A DNA stretch of 56,676 bases from Sulfurimonadaceae bacterium (GCA_041546465.1 JBFEWG010000001.1:1-56676); one strand, 5' to 3'; shown: positions 1 to 10,794, counted from the stretch's first letter. Numbers and translations are program-made. Notes: generated by a model not told the origin, from the sequence alone.

Positions 1-265
1 ACAACGCGGACATAAAAGCGATCTGTATAGTTCTATGGTCATTATTCGGCTCTCATACTGTAATAATTGTGCTATTGTATCGGGAATAGGATAAAAGTAT
101 GATTTCAGTTTTAATGAACAAGGTTTGTATTTAAAAAGTACTGAAAACGAAAATTGAGGTATGTCTGAAATAGTTTCTAAAAGAGATCTTGTTTCATTTA
201 CATGGTAAACATGATCAGTATCAGTATATAATAAATTATATACTGATTTATATATAAGCTATAAG

Positions 266-841
266 TCAGGCGAGGGAAGATTTAATAAATGATTCCATTT
301 TTTCAACGACTTCTTCAATTGAAGCCTCACCGCTTATCTTGGTCAAAAGGTCTTGATTTTTGTAGAAGTTCTGGATATCAGCAAGAGGCTCCATATAGAC
401 TTTCATACGGTTATTGAAGACTTCGTCATTGTCGTCAGCACCCCGGGCACGACCAAGGACTCTTTCCCTTGCTGTCTCTTCCGAGACTTCGACTTCGATA
501 ACATTGATAAGCTCTATATTCGTTTCCCTGTTGAGATAGTCATCAAGTGCATTCATCTGCTCGTTAGAGCGTGGATAACCGTCAATTATGATTGAATCGG
601 TTCGAGCGTTTTTAATAGCAGATATGATAGTCTCTATGGCAATCTCAATAGGTACGATATTGCCTTTTGAGATGTAGCTGTCAATGATTTTTCCGCGCTC
701 GCTTCCTGAAGCAACCTCTTCGCGAAGAAGATCTCCGGTTGAGTAGTGTGTAAGTGTATCACTGTTTCGCTCTGCAATAAGTTCGGCATCAGTAGTTTTA
801 CCTGAACCTGGAGCTCCAATGATAAGAAAGAGCTTTTTCAT
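266..841 (-). CDS. adk: adenylate kinase (short form)
   Basis: 191-aa ORF; P-loop [12 protein letters not shown]-binding [17 protein letters not shown] motif; starts 3 nt after aspS stop on same strand. Confidence 0.93.
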   Translation of the reverse strand: MKKLFLIIGAPGSGKTTDAELIAERNSDTLTHYSTGDLLREEVASGSERGKIIDSYISKGNIVPIEIAIETIISAIKNARTDSIIIDGYPRSNEQMNALDDYLNRETNIELINVIEVEVSEETARERVLGRARGADDNDEVFNNRMKVYMEPLADIQNFYKNQDLLTKISGEASIEEVVEKMESFIKSSLA

Positions 842-844
842 CGA

Positions 845-2608
845 TTAGGCGTCTTTCTTTGCTGTCTCTCGAAGACGGATATGCAGATCACGTAACTGTG
901 TGTTGTCTACAGGGCTTGGTGCTTCTGTCAGCAGACAAGAAGCCTTTTGTGTTTTAGGGAAAGCGATGACATCACGGATAGAACTCTGTTTGGTCAATAG
1001 CATGATAAGACGGTCAAAACCGATAGCAAAACCACCATGAGGAGGTGCTCCGAACTTCAGGGCATCAAGCAGGAATCCAAATTTAGATTGAGCTTCTTCT
1101 TCTTCGATTCCCATCAGTTCAAATACTTTTGATTGAATCTCTTCTTTATGGATACGGATAGATCCACCACCTAGTTCCGTTCCGTTAAGTACGATGTCAT
1201 AAGCGATTGATTCAATGTCTTCCAAGTGCTCTTTATCCATATCAGCTGGCATGGTGAATGGGTGGTGAAGGGCTTTGACATGACCGTCTTCAATTTCAAA
1301 CATTGGGAAATCAACAACCCAGGTAAAGGCGAATTCATTTGGATCGATGATATCCATTTTTTCATGTTCAGCCAGGAAGTTACGGAAGCGTCCCATGTAA
1401 TCCCAGACAATTTTTTTCTCACCTGCACCAAAGAAGACAACATCACCGACTTCAAGTTCACAACGTTCAACGAGTGCATCGATCTCTGATTGGGCAAAGA
1501 ACTTTGTGAGCGGACCTTTAAGTCCATCTTCTTTCATCTGGAAATATCCCAAACCGGCTGCACCGAATTTGCGAACATAGTCTTCAAAGCTCTTCATTTC
1601 ACGCTTGGAGAAGATAGTGTCACCCTGAGGGACTTTAAGTGCTTTAATACGATGTGTCTTAGGTTGTGAAGCAATCTTTGTAAAGATCTCGTTGTCACAT
1701 TTAGCAAAGATGTCAATAACATCAACCATTTCAAGACCATATCGCAGGTCCGGTTTATCAGAGCCGTATTTTTCCATAGCGTTGGAGTGTGTCATACGAG
1801 GGAAAGGTGTCTGAACTTCAACACCACAGGCACTGAACATATCTTTCAAGAGTTTCTCTGCAGTAGCGATGACATCTTCTTGGTTACAGAAACTCATTTC
1901 GACATCTATCTGGGTAAATTCAGGTTGACGATCGGCACGAAGGTCTTCATCTCTAAAACAGCGTGCAATTTGAAAATATTTATCAAAACCGCCCACCATT
2001 AATAGCTGTTTAAAAAGCTGGGGAGATTGTGGAAGAGCATAAAACTCACCTTCATGAACACGTGAAGGCACTAGATAATCACGTGCACCTTCGGGCGTGG
2101 ATTTTGTCAGGATTGGTGTTTCGACTTCAAGGAAACCAAGCTCGTCCAAAGAGTTACGGGCTGCAATGGCAGCTTTTGAACGTAAACGGAACGTTTCATA
2201 TGTCTTTGTGTTACGCAGTTCAAGATATCGGTATTTGAGTTTTGTCTCTTCACCGACTTTGTCATCGCCGATGACAAATGGAACGGCTTCTGAACGGTTC
2301 TCGATAATCAATTCATCGACGATGATTTCTATTGTCCCTGTTTTAAGACGCGGATTGGTCAGACCCTCACCACGGGCTCTTACCTTACCTTTGGCTATTA
2401 ATACAAATTCATCACGAACACTGTCTGCTTTTGCGTGAGCATCCTTACTGTCAGCCGGGTCACATGTCAATTGGACCAAACCGCTATTGTCTCTAAGGTC
2501 AATAAAAATAACACCACCATGGTCCCTATGGCTGTTTGCCCAACCAGCAACAGTAACTTCTTGGCCAATATGGCTCTCGTTCAAATCAGTACAATAATGC
2601 GTTCGCAT
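845..2608 (-). CDS. aspS: aspartate--tRNA ligase (class II)
   Basis: 587-aa ORF; N-terminal OB fold ([21 protein letters not shown]), class II motif 2 [24 protein letters not shown], motif 3 [10 protein letters not shown]. Confidence 0.95.
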   Translation of the reverse strand: MRTHYCTDLNESHIGQEVTVAGWANSHRDHGGVIFIDLRDNSGLVQLTCDPADSKDAHAKADSVRDEFVLIAKGKVRARGEGLTNPRLKTGTIEIIVDELIIENRSEAVPFVIGDDKVGEETKLKYRYLELRNTKTYETFRLRSKAAIAARNSLDELGFLEVETPILTKSTPEGARDYLVPSRVHEGEFYALPQSPQLFKQLLMVGGFDKYFQIARCFRDEDLRADRQPEFTQIDVEMSFCNQEDVIATAEKLLKDMFSACGVEVQTPFPRMTHSNAMEKYGSDKPDLRYGLEMVDVIDIFAKCDNEIFTKIASQPKTHRIKALKVPQGDTIFSKREMKSFEDYVRKFGAAGLGYFQMKEDGLKGPLTKFFAQSEIDALVERCELEVGDVVFFGAGEKKIVWDYMGRFRNFLAEHEKMDIIDPNEFAFTWVVDFPMFEIEDGHVKALHHPFTMPADMDKEHLEDIESIAYDIVLNGTELGGGSIRIHKEEIQSKVFELMGIEEEEAQSKFGFLLDALKFGAPPHGGFAIGFDRLIMLLTKQSSIRDVIAFPKTQKASCLLTEAPSPVDNTQLRDLHIRLRETAKKDA

Positions 2609-2790
2609 GCATATCCTAAATAATAGAAATTTTTCGTGATTCTAACCAAAACAAGCTTATAAGGCTCTAATGTCTTGTGAGTTCTTAAATTTCCTTTATG
2701 TGAAATCGACATCCTTAAGCTTGGGTGTTGTTTAAGCATTGTATCAATATACTTTCCTCATTAAAAAAGTAAAAAGAGACCCTCAGCATT

Positions 2791-3129
2791 ATGCAACAAA
2801 TTGATATGAATTCACCAGAATTTCTGGCAGAGATGGAAAAAACAAAAAAGTTTACAGATAAAGTCAACAAGCAGTTTGATTATGTTTATAATCCTAACAA
2901 TGATGTGAATGAAGGTGTTTTGATGGGCCTTGCGCGTCATAAGATATTGTACGGTAAGCGTTTTTGTCCATGTTTTATGGTCGAAGAGGGTGAAAACGGT
3001 GGTTTTAAAAGTGTGGATGACCGTATCTGTCCATGTCCCCAAGCTATCGAACAAGAAATCCCTGAACTTGGAAAATGTCATTGCGGGATTTTTTGTACAC
3101 CAGATTATGCTGCGAACAATGCCCAATAA
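2791..3129 (+). CDS. ferredoxin:thioredoxin reductase catalytic-subunit-like protein (FTRc family)
   Basis: 112-aa ORF; GLARHK...CPC...CPC...CHC cysteine pattern typical of the FTR catalytic chain (4Fe-4S plus redox disulfide); no variable-subunit gene adjacent. Confidence 0.8.
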   Translation: MQQIDMNSPEFLAEMEKTKKFTDKVNKQFDYVYNPNNDVNEGVLMGLARHKILYGKRFCPCFMVEEGENGGFKSVDDRICPCPQAIEQEIPELGKCHCGIFCTPDYAANNAQ

Positions 3130-3165
3130 GTTAGTTGCTGACAAAGATCCGGCATCCCTCTAAAA

Positions 3166-3196
3166 GCATAGCAAAATGACATATTTTTTGCTATGC
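3166..3196 (+). terminator. hairpin downstream of FTRc-like gene (possible terminator)
   Basis: perfect 11-bp inverted repeat GCATAGCAAAA / TTTTGCTATGC with 9-nt loop; the T-run is inside the 3' arm, so it is not a canonical intrinsic terminator. Confidence 0.3.
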
Positions 3197-3211
3197 GACA
3201 CCACTTTAAGC

Positions 3212-3217
3212 TATAAT
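3212..3217 (+). promoter_or_regulatory. candidate -10 box for nadK-recN
   Basis: perfect TATAAT 37 nt upstream of nadK ATG, just after the hairpin. Confidence 0.3.
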
Positions 3218-3253
3218 ATCCATTAAAACAACATCATTAATAGTAGAGAAAAT

Positions 3254-4129
3254 ATGACAGATTGTATTATCAAGAAACCTGAGCAGATCAAAAAAGTCGG
3301 AGTTGTCCTCCGACCCTCATCTCCTGAAATCAAAGAGCAGTTCTTAATTGTAAAAAAGAGTTTTGAGAAACATGGCATCGAGGTCGTCTTGGATAATAGC
3401 GGTGCTCAAATGCTGGGGCTTATGGGCCAAGAGTTTGAGGTCATGTGTGAAAACAGCGATATCCTCGTCACATTGGGCGGCGACGGGACCTTGATCTCGG
3501 CAGTACGACGTTCGCATGAATTTGACATACCTGTTTTTGGCATTCATGCTGGAAAACTGGGCTTTCTTGCTGACATTGACCTGGCTGAACTCGATGATTT
3601 TATCAACAAGCTTGTTTCCGGAAATTATCGTATAGACAACCGTGCTGTCTTACGCGCAGAACTTATCACCAAAGAGGGCAGTACAAAACTTGTTGCTTTT
3701 AATGACATTGTCATGACACGTTCAAGCATCTCAAAGATGATCCATCTTGATACCTTTGTCGACAAGAAGCCTTTTAATACCTACTTTGGTGATGGTGTTA
3801 TCATCTCGACACCGACAGGTTCAACGGCATACAACCTCTCAGCAGGCGGACCCGTGTTGTTTCCGCTGACGCAGGTGTTTGCTTTGACTCCGATATCACC
3901 GCATTCACTGACACAAAGACCGGTAGTGTTGCCTGGGCATTTCACTATCGAGATAAAAACACCGGATGCATCTGCTGTGGTTGTCGTAGACGGACAGGAT
4001 ATGTATGATTTTGCAGAAGGAGATGTGATCAAGATACGCCTTTCTTCAAAACCTGCTTTGCTTATTCACAGAGAGGAGTTTAACTATTTTGAAGTTCTCA
4101 AAGAAAAACTGAGCTGGGGAAGCAAGTGA
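3254..4129 (+). CDS. nadK: NAD kinase
   Basis: 291-aa ORF; GGDGTLISAVR NAD-kinase motif and STPTGSTAYNLSAGGP segment; conserved nadK-recN pairing. Confidence 0.92.
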   Translation: MTDCIIKKPEQIKKVGVVLRPSSPEIKEQFLIVKKSFEKHGIEVVLDNSGAQMLGLMGQEFEVMCENSDILVTLGGDGTLISAVRRSHEFDIPVFGIHAGKLGFLADIDLAELDDFINKLVSGNYRIDNRAVLRAELITKEGSTKLVAFNDIVMTRSSISKMIHLDTFVDKKPFNTYFGDGVIISTPTGSTAYNLSAGGPVLFPLTQVFALTPISPHSLTQRPVVLPGHFTIEIKTPDASAVVVVDGQDMYDFAEGDVIKIRLSSKPALLIHREEFNYFEVLKEKLSWGSK

Positions 4130-5661
4130 TAGAACGCTTTTATCTACGAGACTTTCTCTCTTTTGAAGAAGCTGAACTTGAGTTTGAAAAAGGGCTGGTA
4201 GTATTTACCGGTCCAAGTGGTAGCGGTAAGTCGATTTTGATGAGCTCCATCCTTGCTTCATTGGGACTTGATGAAGCCAAGGCCGCATTGAGCGAGGCGA
4301 CTATCAATTATCCGGTTTCTCTTGACGAATTGGGCATAGAAGAAGATGAGCTTACTGTTTTTAAGCAGATAAAGAAGGAGAAGGTTCGTCATTTCATCAA
4401 TAATCAGACTGTATCTAAAAAGATATTGCTCAACCTTTCCAACACATTTGTGCGTCATTTGAGTCTACGTGATTATTCAGACTTCAAGAACGAAAATCTT
4501 CTTGACATGATTGACCTGTTTTGTGCAGATGATGATGTTAATCATAGGGAAAAGCTTGAACACTATCAAGCATCATTTATGTGTTTAAACAATTTAAAAA
4601 AGAAGCTTGATCAGATTTTGGAAGATGAAAAGAAAGTCCTTGAACTGCGTGAGTTTGCTCAATTTGAAATAGCAAAGATAGATGCTGTTTCTCCATTGGA
4701 AGGTGAAGACGAAGAGCTGATGCGCATAAAAAAAGAACTTTCGAAAAAGGAGAAAATAGAAGAATCTATCTCTAATGCGGAGGAGCTTTTCCATTATGAA
4801 AACTCAGTGTCACAGTCTCTTGATCTTTTAGGTATTGACTCCTCCTTTTTTGATGATGCAATGAATGAGCTAAGGGCACACTTTGAAGCTTCACGAGATA
4901 GGCTTGTGGAGTTAAGTGAGTGCAACATCGAAGAGATCCTGACACGAATAGAGCAGATATCTGAACTTAAGCATCGATACGGAAGTGTCGAAGAGGCGAT
5001 AGCTTACAAGGTTCAAAAGCAAAAAGAGCTGGAGCACTATGAAAGCCTTGACACACAGAAAGAGACATTGACTGCACAGATTGAAGGTCTTGATCTAGAT
5101 GTGAAAGAACAAGCTGAGAAACTCTCTCTTAAACGCCAAAAAGCACTCAAAAAAATTCTACTCTCCTTTAATGATTTTTTAAAACAGCTGTATTTAAGGC
5201 CGGCGAGTATTAAACTGAGCAGGGAAGCACTCTCATTATATGGCTCAGACAGAGTTGAAATTGAGCTTGACGGCACCGCTTTGGAAAAAGTATCCTCAGG
5301 TGAGTTCAATCGTTTGCGCCTGGCTCTTTTGGCTGTTAAGAGCCTGCAGGCCAATGAGGGCGGGATCCTTATGCTTGATGAAATTGATGCCAATCTGAGC
5401 GGCGAAGAGTCGATGTCTGTAGCGAAGGTCTTGTCTCATCTTGCGAAAGACTACCAGATTTTTGTCATCTCTCATCAGCCTCAACTTACTTCCCAGGCTG
5501 ATCAGCATTTTTTTGTTCATAGAGACAAGAACAGCAAGGTTAAAAAGCTTGAAGAAGAGGAACGTATATCTGAGATAGCGCGTATGATCAGTGGTGATAC
5601 GATTACAGATGAGGCGATTAAATTTGCGCGAGGCTTGGTGGAAGAGAAAAAATGTGTTTGA
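4126..5661 (+). CDS. recN: DNA repair protein RecN
   Basis: 511-aa ORF, GTG start overlapping nadK stop; Walker A GPSGSGKS, long coiled-coil middle, SSGE signature, Walker B ILMLDEID. Confidence 0.85.
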   Translation: MIERFYLRDFLSFEEAELEFEKGLVVFTGPSGSGKSILMSSILASLGLDEAKAALSEATINYPVSLDELGIEEDELTVFKQIKKEKVRHFINNQTVSKKILLNLSNTFVRHLSLRDYSDFKNENLLDMIDLFCADDDVNHREKLEHYQASFMCLNNLKKKLDQILEDEKKVLELREFAQFEIAKIDAVSPLEGEDEELMRIKKELSKKEKIEESISNAEELFHYENSVSQSLDLLGIDSSFFDDAMNELRAHFEASRDRLVELSECNIEEILTRIEQISELKHRYGSVEEAIAYKVQKQKELEHYESLDTQKETLTAQIEGLDLDVKEQAEKLSLKRQKALKKILLSFNDFLKQLYLRPASIKLSREALSLYGSDRVEIELDGTALEKVSSGEFNRLRLALLAVKSLQANEGGILMLDEIDANLSGEESMSVAKVLSHLAKDYQIFVISHQPQLTSQADQHFFVHRDKNSKVKKLEEEERISEIARMISGDTITDEAIKFARGLVEEKKCV

Positions 5662-5840
5662 TTTTTTCTGCATTGTTTTTTATCATGAGTGTAAACTTTT
5701 ACCTTAACGGGTTTACTTTGCAGGCTATCATTACTTTCATTGCGGCTCTGCTCGCCGTTTTCTTTATGGGACGAAATATTCGTTGCGGTATAGGCGGATG
5801 TAAGTTAGAAACAAAAGAAGAGGATAAAGATGATAATTGA
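5652..5840 (+). CDS. small hydrophobic protein (start uncertain, possibly Met at 5685)
   Basis: 62-aa ORF filling the recN-tatD gap; two hydrophobic segments and an acidic tail; overlaps both neighbours by a few nt. Confidence 0.3.
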   Translation: MCLIFSALFFIMSVNFYLNGFTLQAIITFIAALLAVFFMGRNIRCGIGGCKLETKEEDKDDN

Positions 5841-6603
5841 TACACATATACACCTCGACAATGAGCAATACATAGATGATGTCGATCAAGTGATCAGTAA
5901 TGCATTTGATGAGGATGTCAATGGGTTTATAATACCGGGAGCAGACCCCAATGACCTAACACGTGCAAAGATGTTGTCACAAAAGTATAAAGAGGTCTAC
6001 TATGCTGTGGGCATGCACCCTTATGATATGGATAAGTATGATGAACAGATCATTCGACAAAGTGTAAAAGATGAAAAATGTATAGCGATCGGGGAGTGTG
6101 GGCTTGATTATTTTAGATTGCCTGAAGACGAGAAGGAAAGAGATGCTGAAATACATCGACAAAAGGATGTTTTCAGAGCTCAGATACGTCTTGCAAATGA
6201 ATATAATCTGCCATTGATTGTACATATCCGTGATGCCAGTCATGATGCAAGAATCATATTAGAAGAAGAAAATTCAAAAGGTGGAGTACTGCACTGCTTT
6301 AATGCAGATGAAGAACTTCTACCTTTGGCAAAAATGAATTTTTATTTTGGTATTGGAGGTGTCTTGACGTTTAAAAATGCACGAAAGCTTGTTAATGTGT
6401 TACCAAAAATCCCACAAGAGAAGCTGGTCATTGAAACGGATGGACCATATCTAACTCCGCATCCTTATAGAGGAACGCGCAACGAACCCAAGTATACTAC
6501 CCTGGTGGCGGATAAAATAGCCGAGCTCCTTGAAGTTGATGTCGAAGAGGTCAGAGCATTGACAACTATGAATGCTAAAAGACTGTTTCGTATTGATATT
6601 TAA
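5830..6603 (+). CDS. TatD-family metal-dependent hydrolase/DNase
   Basis: 257-aa ORF; IDTHIHLD, GECGLDY, VHIRDA, LHCF, ETDGPYL motifs of the TatD family. Confidence 0.9.
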   Translation: MIIDTHIHLDNEQYIDDVDQVISNAFDEDVNGFIIPGADPNDLTRAKMLSQKYKEVYYAVGMHPYDMDKYDEQIIRQSVKDEKCIAIGECGLDYFRLPEDEKERDAEIHRQKDVFRAQIRLANEYNLPLIVHIRDASHDARIILEEENSKGGVLHCFNADEELLPLAKMNFYFGIGGVLTFKNARKLVNVLPKIPQEKLVIETDGPYLTPHPYRGTRNEPKYTTLVADKIAELLEVDVEEVRALTTMNAKRLFRIDI

Positions 6604-6739
6604 TAATATGAACCCGATTGCACCTCTTTTATTAGTAGCTAATTTTAATCAAAATTTAATTTTGCTAAAATAAAAGTCAAATTCATACAGGTAGATAACA
6701 AGCGAGTGTTGTTTGTTGTATATCATTCAAGAGGTGCCT

Positions 6740-7960
6740 TTGAAATCTTTTCTCCTGTTCTCATTACTGCTTGTCTCATCTCCTCTGTTCGCAGCCTTAA
6801 ACTTTGAAACAAATCATTCCAAAGAGGTAAAGTTACTGCGAAGTTTCGATATAAACCCCTCGTTTTTAAATGATGCTGAGCTTAACAAGATAATCAAGCA
6901 AAAACGCGCACACTATAAGAATAAATATTTTTTCAAGACTATGAATGATGCGTATATATTTATTCCATTGGTCAAAAAAATAATCTCTGATTCTGGAGTG
7001 CCCAGCGAGATCCTCTATCTGGCTATGGCTGAATCTAATTTTTCTACTCGTGCCTATTCACGAAAAAAAGCTTCTGGTATGTGGCAGTTTATGCCGTACA
7101 CAGGTCGTTTGTATGGTTTGAAAATCGATGATTATGTCGATGAAAGACGAGACCTTGTGAAATCAACAGAGGCAGCAGTACGCTATCTTGAAGCATTGCA
7201 TAAGAAGTTTGGTAAATGGTATCTGGCTGCAATTGCATATAACTGTGGTGAAGGAAGGCTTAGAAGAGCGATAAAAAAAGCGGGTACAGATGACTTGGAT
7301 GAACTTTTGCATCCTAAGAAGAAGTATATCCCTTCTGAAAGTAGAAGATATATACGTAAGATAATTGCTTTGGCTCTGATCGGTTATGATGAAGCTTATA
7401 TGATAGAGAATGAATGCGATTACCTCCTTAATCGGGGAACGGCGTATTCTCTTTCCACCGTAGATGTACCGGCAGGTGAAAGTCTTGAACGTATTGCGGC
7501 TATGATCTCTATGCCTATTGATGATCTAAGGAAGCTCAATCGACACCTTAAATATGATTTTGTTCCACCGTATGGGAAAAAATATTCGATTTATATTCCG
7601 TACATCAAGCTGTCAGAGTTCAAAATGAAATACACCCCGGCTACATTGAAGACAATGTATCTTGTACATACTGTTACCTCCGGAGACAACCTTTCATATC
7701 TTGGGAAGAAGTACGGCATCTCTTATAAGCGTATCAAGGATTTCAACCGTTTGAAGTCAAGCATGCTTTCGTTGAAGCAGAAGCTGATCATTCCAATCAG
7801 TAAACCATCTCGTAATAGTAATATTCACTATACAGTCAAGCGAGGTGATACCCTGGATTCAATATCTAAAAACTTCAAAGTCTCAATAGCTGATCTAAAG
7901 AAGAAGAATAGTCTTCGTTCTGACATTATTAGGACAGGAGATAAGTTAAGTGTCTATTAG
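6740..7960 (+). CDS. membrane-bound lytic murein transglycosylase (MltD-like) with two LysM domains
   Basis: SLT catalytic segment AESNFSTRAYSRKKASGMWQFMPYTG; two C-terminal LysM repeats (HTVTSGDNLSYLGKKYGI..., YTVKRGDTLDSISKNFKV...). Probable TTG start at 6740 is preceded by AAGAGG and gives signal peptide MKSFLLFSLLLVSSPLFA (ORF track starts at 6713). Confidence 0.85.
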   Translation: MKSFLLFSLLLVSSPLFAALNFETNHSKEVKLLRSFDINPSFLNDAELNKIIKQKRAHYKNKYFFKTMNDAYIFIPLVKKIISDSGVPSEILYLAMAESNFSTRAYSRKKASGMWQFMPYTGRLYGLKIDDYVDERRDLVKSTEAAVRYLEALHKKFGKWYLAAIAYNCGEGRLRRAIKKAGTDDLDELLHPKKKYIPSESRRYIRKIIALALIGYDEAYMIENECDYLLNRGTAYSLSTVDVPAGESLERIAAMISMPIDDLRKLNRHLKYDFVPPYGKKYSIYIPYIKLSEFKMKYTPATLKTMYLVHTVTSGDNLSYLGKKYGISYKRIKDFNRLKSSMLSLKQKLIIPISKPSRNSNIHYTVKRGDTLDSISKNFKVSIADLKKKNSLRSDIIRTGDKLSVY

Positions 7961-8732
7961 ATCACTTCTATTCATTTTTTCCTTGATTTTATTATTTGAC
8001 GGATGTAGTCGAAGGCCAATCGATCGTACCAGCTCATCCTATCGTGCACCTATTGCCAATGCTTCTACACCGAGTAAACTACATCATCCGACGATGCGCC
8101 CATACACGGTCATGGGAAAGCGTTATTATCCTAGTGTTGTCAGAGTAGGTGAGACCTTTACCGGTCGTGCATCCTGGTATGGGCCTAATTTTCATGGGAA
8201 AAAGACCTCCAACGGTGAAAGCTATAATATGTGGCAGATGACGGCAGCACATAAGACACTTCCTATGAATACGGTACTTCGCGTGACTAATCAAAACAAT
8301 GGTAGAAGTGTTGTTGTCAGGATAAACGACAGAGGCCCTTTTGTCAATTCACGTATTATCGACCTTTCCAAAAAAGCGGCATCTGAGCTTGATATGATAG
8401 CCCATGGTACAGCACCGGTAAAACTCGAAGTACTTGGTTTTAATAGAAAGGGGCAGACCAGCATTACTAAAACATCTATACAAAAAGATGTAAAAGAGCA
8501 GGTGATGGATAAATATGCATTACAAATCGGCTCTTTTAGCAAGATTCAGGGTGCAATCACTTACCAAGAACGCTATAATAACGCATCAGGTCGCTACAAA
8601 ACGATCATCAAAGATGTTGACGATGGTGAAAAACGTCTTTTTAAGGTCTTGTTGACTGGTTTTGGCGGTGAAGAAGAAGCAAGAGATTATAAAGCGAACC
8701 ATTTTGAAGGCGCTTTCATAGTAAGAGAATAA
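7950..8732 (+). CDS. rlpA: septal-ring lytic transglycosylase RlpA-family lipoprotein with SPOR domain
   Basis: lipobox LLFDGC; DPBB segment ASWYGPNFHGKKTSNGESY...VVVRINDRGPF; C-terminal SPOR-like YALQIGSFSK...LLTGFGGEEEA. Confidence 0.88.
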   Translation: MSIRSLLFIFSLILLFDGCSRRPIDRTSSSYRAPIANASTPSKLHHPTMRPYTVMGKRYYPSVVRVGETFTGRASWYGPNFHGKKTSNGESYNMWQMTAAHKTLPMNTVLRVTNQNNGRSVVVRINDRGPFVNSRIIDLSKKAASELDMIAHGTAPVKLEVLGFNRKGQTSITKTSIQKDVKEQVMDKYALQIGSFSKIQGAITYQERYNNASGRYKTIIKDVDDGEKRLFKVLLTGFGGEEEARDYKANHFEGAFIVRE

Positions 8733-8742
8733 GGAATAATAT

Positions 8743-9315
8743 ATGGTAAAGATTGAGCGTAAGACAAAAGAGACAGATATTATCGTAGAACTTGAAGTAT
8801 ATGGGGAAGGTGTAAGCAATATCTCTACGGGAGTAGGGTTCTTCGACCATATGCTGGAGAGTTTTTCGAAACACTCTCTGATGGACTTGAATGTCAAGTG
8901 TGTTGGAGATACCCATGTTGATGATCACCACAGTGTAGAAGATGTCGGAATTGCAATCGGACAAGCACTTAAGAGTGCACTGTATCCGATCTCAAAGGTC
9001 GAACGTTTCGGTTCAGCAGCAATCGTCATGGATGAGACATGCGTGGAATGTGATCTCGATCTTAGTAATAGACCGTTTTTAGTCTATGAGGTGGATGTAG
9101 CAGGGACAGTTGGTGAGTTCGATGTAGAACTCGCGGAAGAGTTCTTTCGTGCAATTATCTTCAATGCCGGTCTGACAGCGCATATATGTATGAAGCGTGG
9201 TAAAAACAAGCACCATATTCTTGAAGCTTCATTTAAAGCCTTGGCTGTTGCATTGCGCCGCGCTGCCACAGTCAATGAAAGAGTCGCGATACCTAGTACA
9301 AAAGGTGTGCTGTGA
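8743..9315 (+). CDS. hisB: imidazoleglycerol-phosphate dehydratase
   Basis: 190-aa ORF; RKTKETDI, GVGFFDHML, DDHHSVEDVGIA, HHILEASFKAL motifs. Confidence 0.95.
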   Translation: MVKIERKTKETDIIVELEVYGEGVSNISTGVGFFDHMLESFSKHSLMDLNVKCVGDTHVDDHHSVEDVGIAIGQALKSALYPISKVERFGSAAIVMDETCVECDLDLSNRPFLVYEVDVAGTVGEFDVELAEEFFRAIIFNAGLTAHICMKRGKNKHHILEASFKALAVALRRAATVNERVAIPSTKGVL

Positions 9316-9806
9316 TTGAGTTGATAATTCTCGATGTTGATGGATGTCTTACGGATGGAAAGATCACTTACAGCGAAAACGGCGATGAGATAAAGTCTTT
9401 CAATGTTAAGGATGGCTTGGCAATCAGTTCATGGATCCGTATGGGAAAAAAAGCGGCGATCGTGACGGGAAGAAGAAGTAAAATTGTAGAACGCCGTGCA
9501 AAAGAGCTAGGAATAAACTATCTTTACCAAGGTGTCAAGGATAAGCTACAAAAACTAGAAGAGATCAGACAAAAGCTTGATATAGATTATGCTCAGATAG
9601 CCGCAGTAGGGGATGATCTCAATGATTACAATATGCTAAAAACGGTAGGCCGAAGTTTTACACCGGCTGATGGATCAGAGTATATCCGTGAGCTCTGTGA
9701 TACAGTTTTGTATAATAAAGGTGGACATGGTGCTGTCAGAGAGATGATTGAGTGTATTGTCAAAGACAATGGACTTGAAAAGGACTTCTTGAAGATCTGG
9801 AAATGA
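9312..9806 (+). CDS. kdsC: 3-deoxy-D-manno-octulosonate-8-phosphate phosphatase (HAD family)
   Basis: 164-aa ORF; HAD motif I LDVDGCLTDG, FNVKDG, GDDLND; 4-nt overlap with hisB. Confidence 0.85.
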   Translation: MIELIILDVDGCLTDGKITYSENGDEIKSFNVKDGLAISSWIRMGKKAAIVTGRRSKIVERRAKELGINYLYQGVKDKLQKLEEIRQKLDIDYAQIAAVGDDLNDYNMLKTVGRSFTPADGSEYIRELCDTVLYNKGGHGAVREMIECIVKDNGLEKDFLKIWK

Positions 9807-10321
9807 AATTAACACATTTTTTTATTATCCTTTTGCTTTTTAGTGTTTCGATCTTCGTCTTTTTGCAGCCGGGGTCATATACGAGGAGTAGGGATTCAAA
9901 AGTACCTCAATTGGAAATAGAGGATTTTTCTGTCTATGAATTGACAACAGAGGGTGTGAAAAGTGTTTTAAGCGGTACCGTAGGTCGTCAGTTCAGTACG
10001 CATTATGAAGTAGAAAATGCACATTATGTCGAAAACAAAAAAGTGTTAAGTGAACATCTGTATGCGGATGTCGGTAAGTTTGAAAAAGAGATTGCCTACC
10101 TTGATGAGAATGTACGATATTTTCGTGAAGACGGTCTTTCGTTTGAAAGCGACCATGCCGTATATGATACAAAAAAAGAGACCTTGTATGTGCCAAAAAA
10201 ATTTATTTTTACACAAAACGAGAATGTTGTCTACGGCAGTGAACTGAATTATAATGCCAAGACAGGAAAAATGTCAGCGCAGAAAGTGGACGCAAGCTAC
10301 TATTTAGAGGATAAAAAATGA
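9803..10321 (+). CDS. lptC: LPS export protein LptC-like
   Basis: 172 aa with a single N-terminal TM helix; sits in the conserved kdsC-lptC-lptA position; ATGA overlaps on both sides. Called by position and size, not by motif. Confidence 0.5.
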   Translation: MKLTHFFIILLLFSVSIFVFLQPGSYTRSRDSKVPQLEIEDFSVYELTTEGVKSVLSGTVGRQFSTHYEVENAHYVENKKVLSEHLYADVGKFEKEIAYLDENVRYFREDGLSFESDHAVYDTKKETLYVPKKFIFTQNENVVYGSELNYNAKTGKMSAQKVDASYYLEDKK

Positions 10322-10794
10322 AAAAACTATTAATTATTTTAAGTACATTGGGCTTTATCGCTTATGCCGAACAAGTAAAAATCATTGCTGATGCCTTTGA
10401 AGGGAATGAAAAAAAAGGATTGACGACATTTTCTGGTAACGTCAAGATCACCAAGGGAAGTGATGAACTTAATGCTTCAAAAGTAAGTGTTTATACGGAC
10501 AAAGAGAGAACACCTTATCGCTATGAAGCAGAAGGCAATGTCTCTTTTTATATCGATCTCAGAGACAGTAATATGACATACAAGGGTGATGCAGGAAAGG
10601 TGATCTATTTTCCACTGAAAAAGGAATATCAGTTTTTTACAAATGTACACCTCTATCAGATTGGTACGAATCGAAAGGTCTTTGGCGATGAAGTTAAACT
10701 CAATGCAAAAGACGGTAATGCCAAAGCTATGGGTAAAGAGAAAGCACCTGTTATCATGATCTTTAATGTTGAAGATAAAAAGAAAGACAAATGA
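10318..10794 (+). CDS. lptA: LPS transport periplasmic protein LptA (OstA-like)
   Basis: 158 aa with signal peptide; OstA-like beta-jellyroll pattern (IIADAFEGNEKKGLTTFSGNVKITKGSDELNASKV). Confidence 0.7.
   Translation: MKKLLIILSTLGFIAYAEQVKIIADAFEGNEKKGLTTFSGNVKITKGSDELNASKVSVYTDKERTPYRYEAEGNVSFYIDLRDSNMTYKGDAGKVIYFPLKKEYQFFTNVHLYQIGTNRKVFGDEVKLNAKDGNAKAMGKEKAPVIMIFNVEDKKKDK

Noticed and set aside
1-42. Possible minus-strand gene start (MTIELYRSLLCPRC...) running off the left edge
   Set aside because: Only 14 codons are visible and the RBS is weak, so it cannot be supported from this window.
221-246. AT-only palindrome TCAGTATATA-ataaat-TATATACTGA downstream of adk
   Set aside because: The stem is almost entirely A-T and no U-tract follows on the adk strand, so the evidence is too weak to call a terminator.
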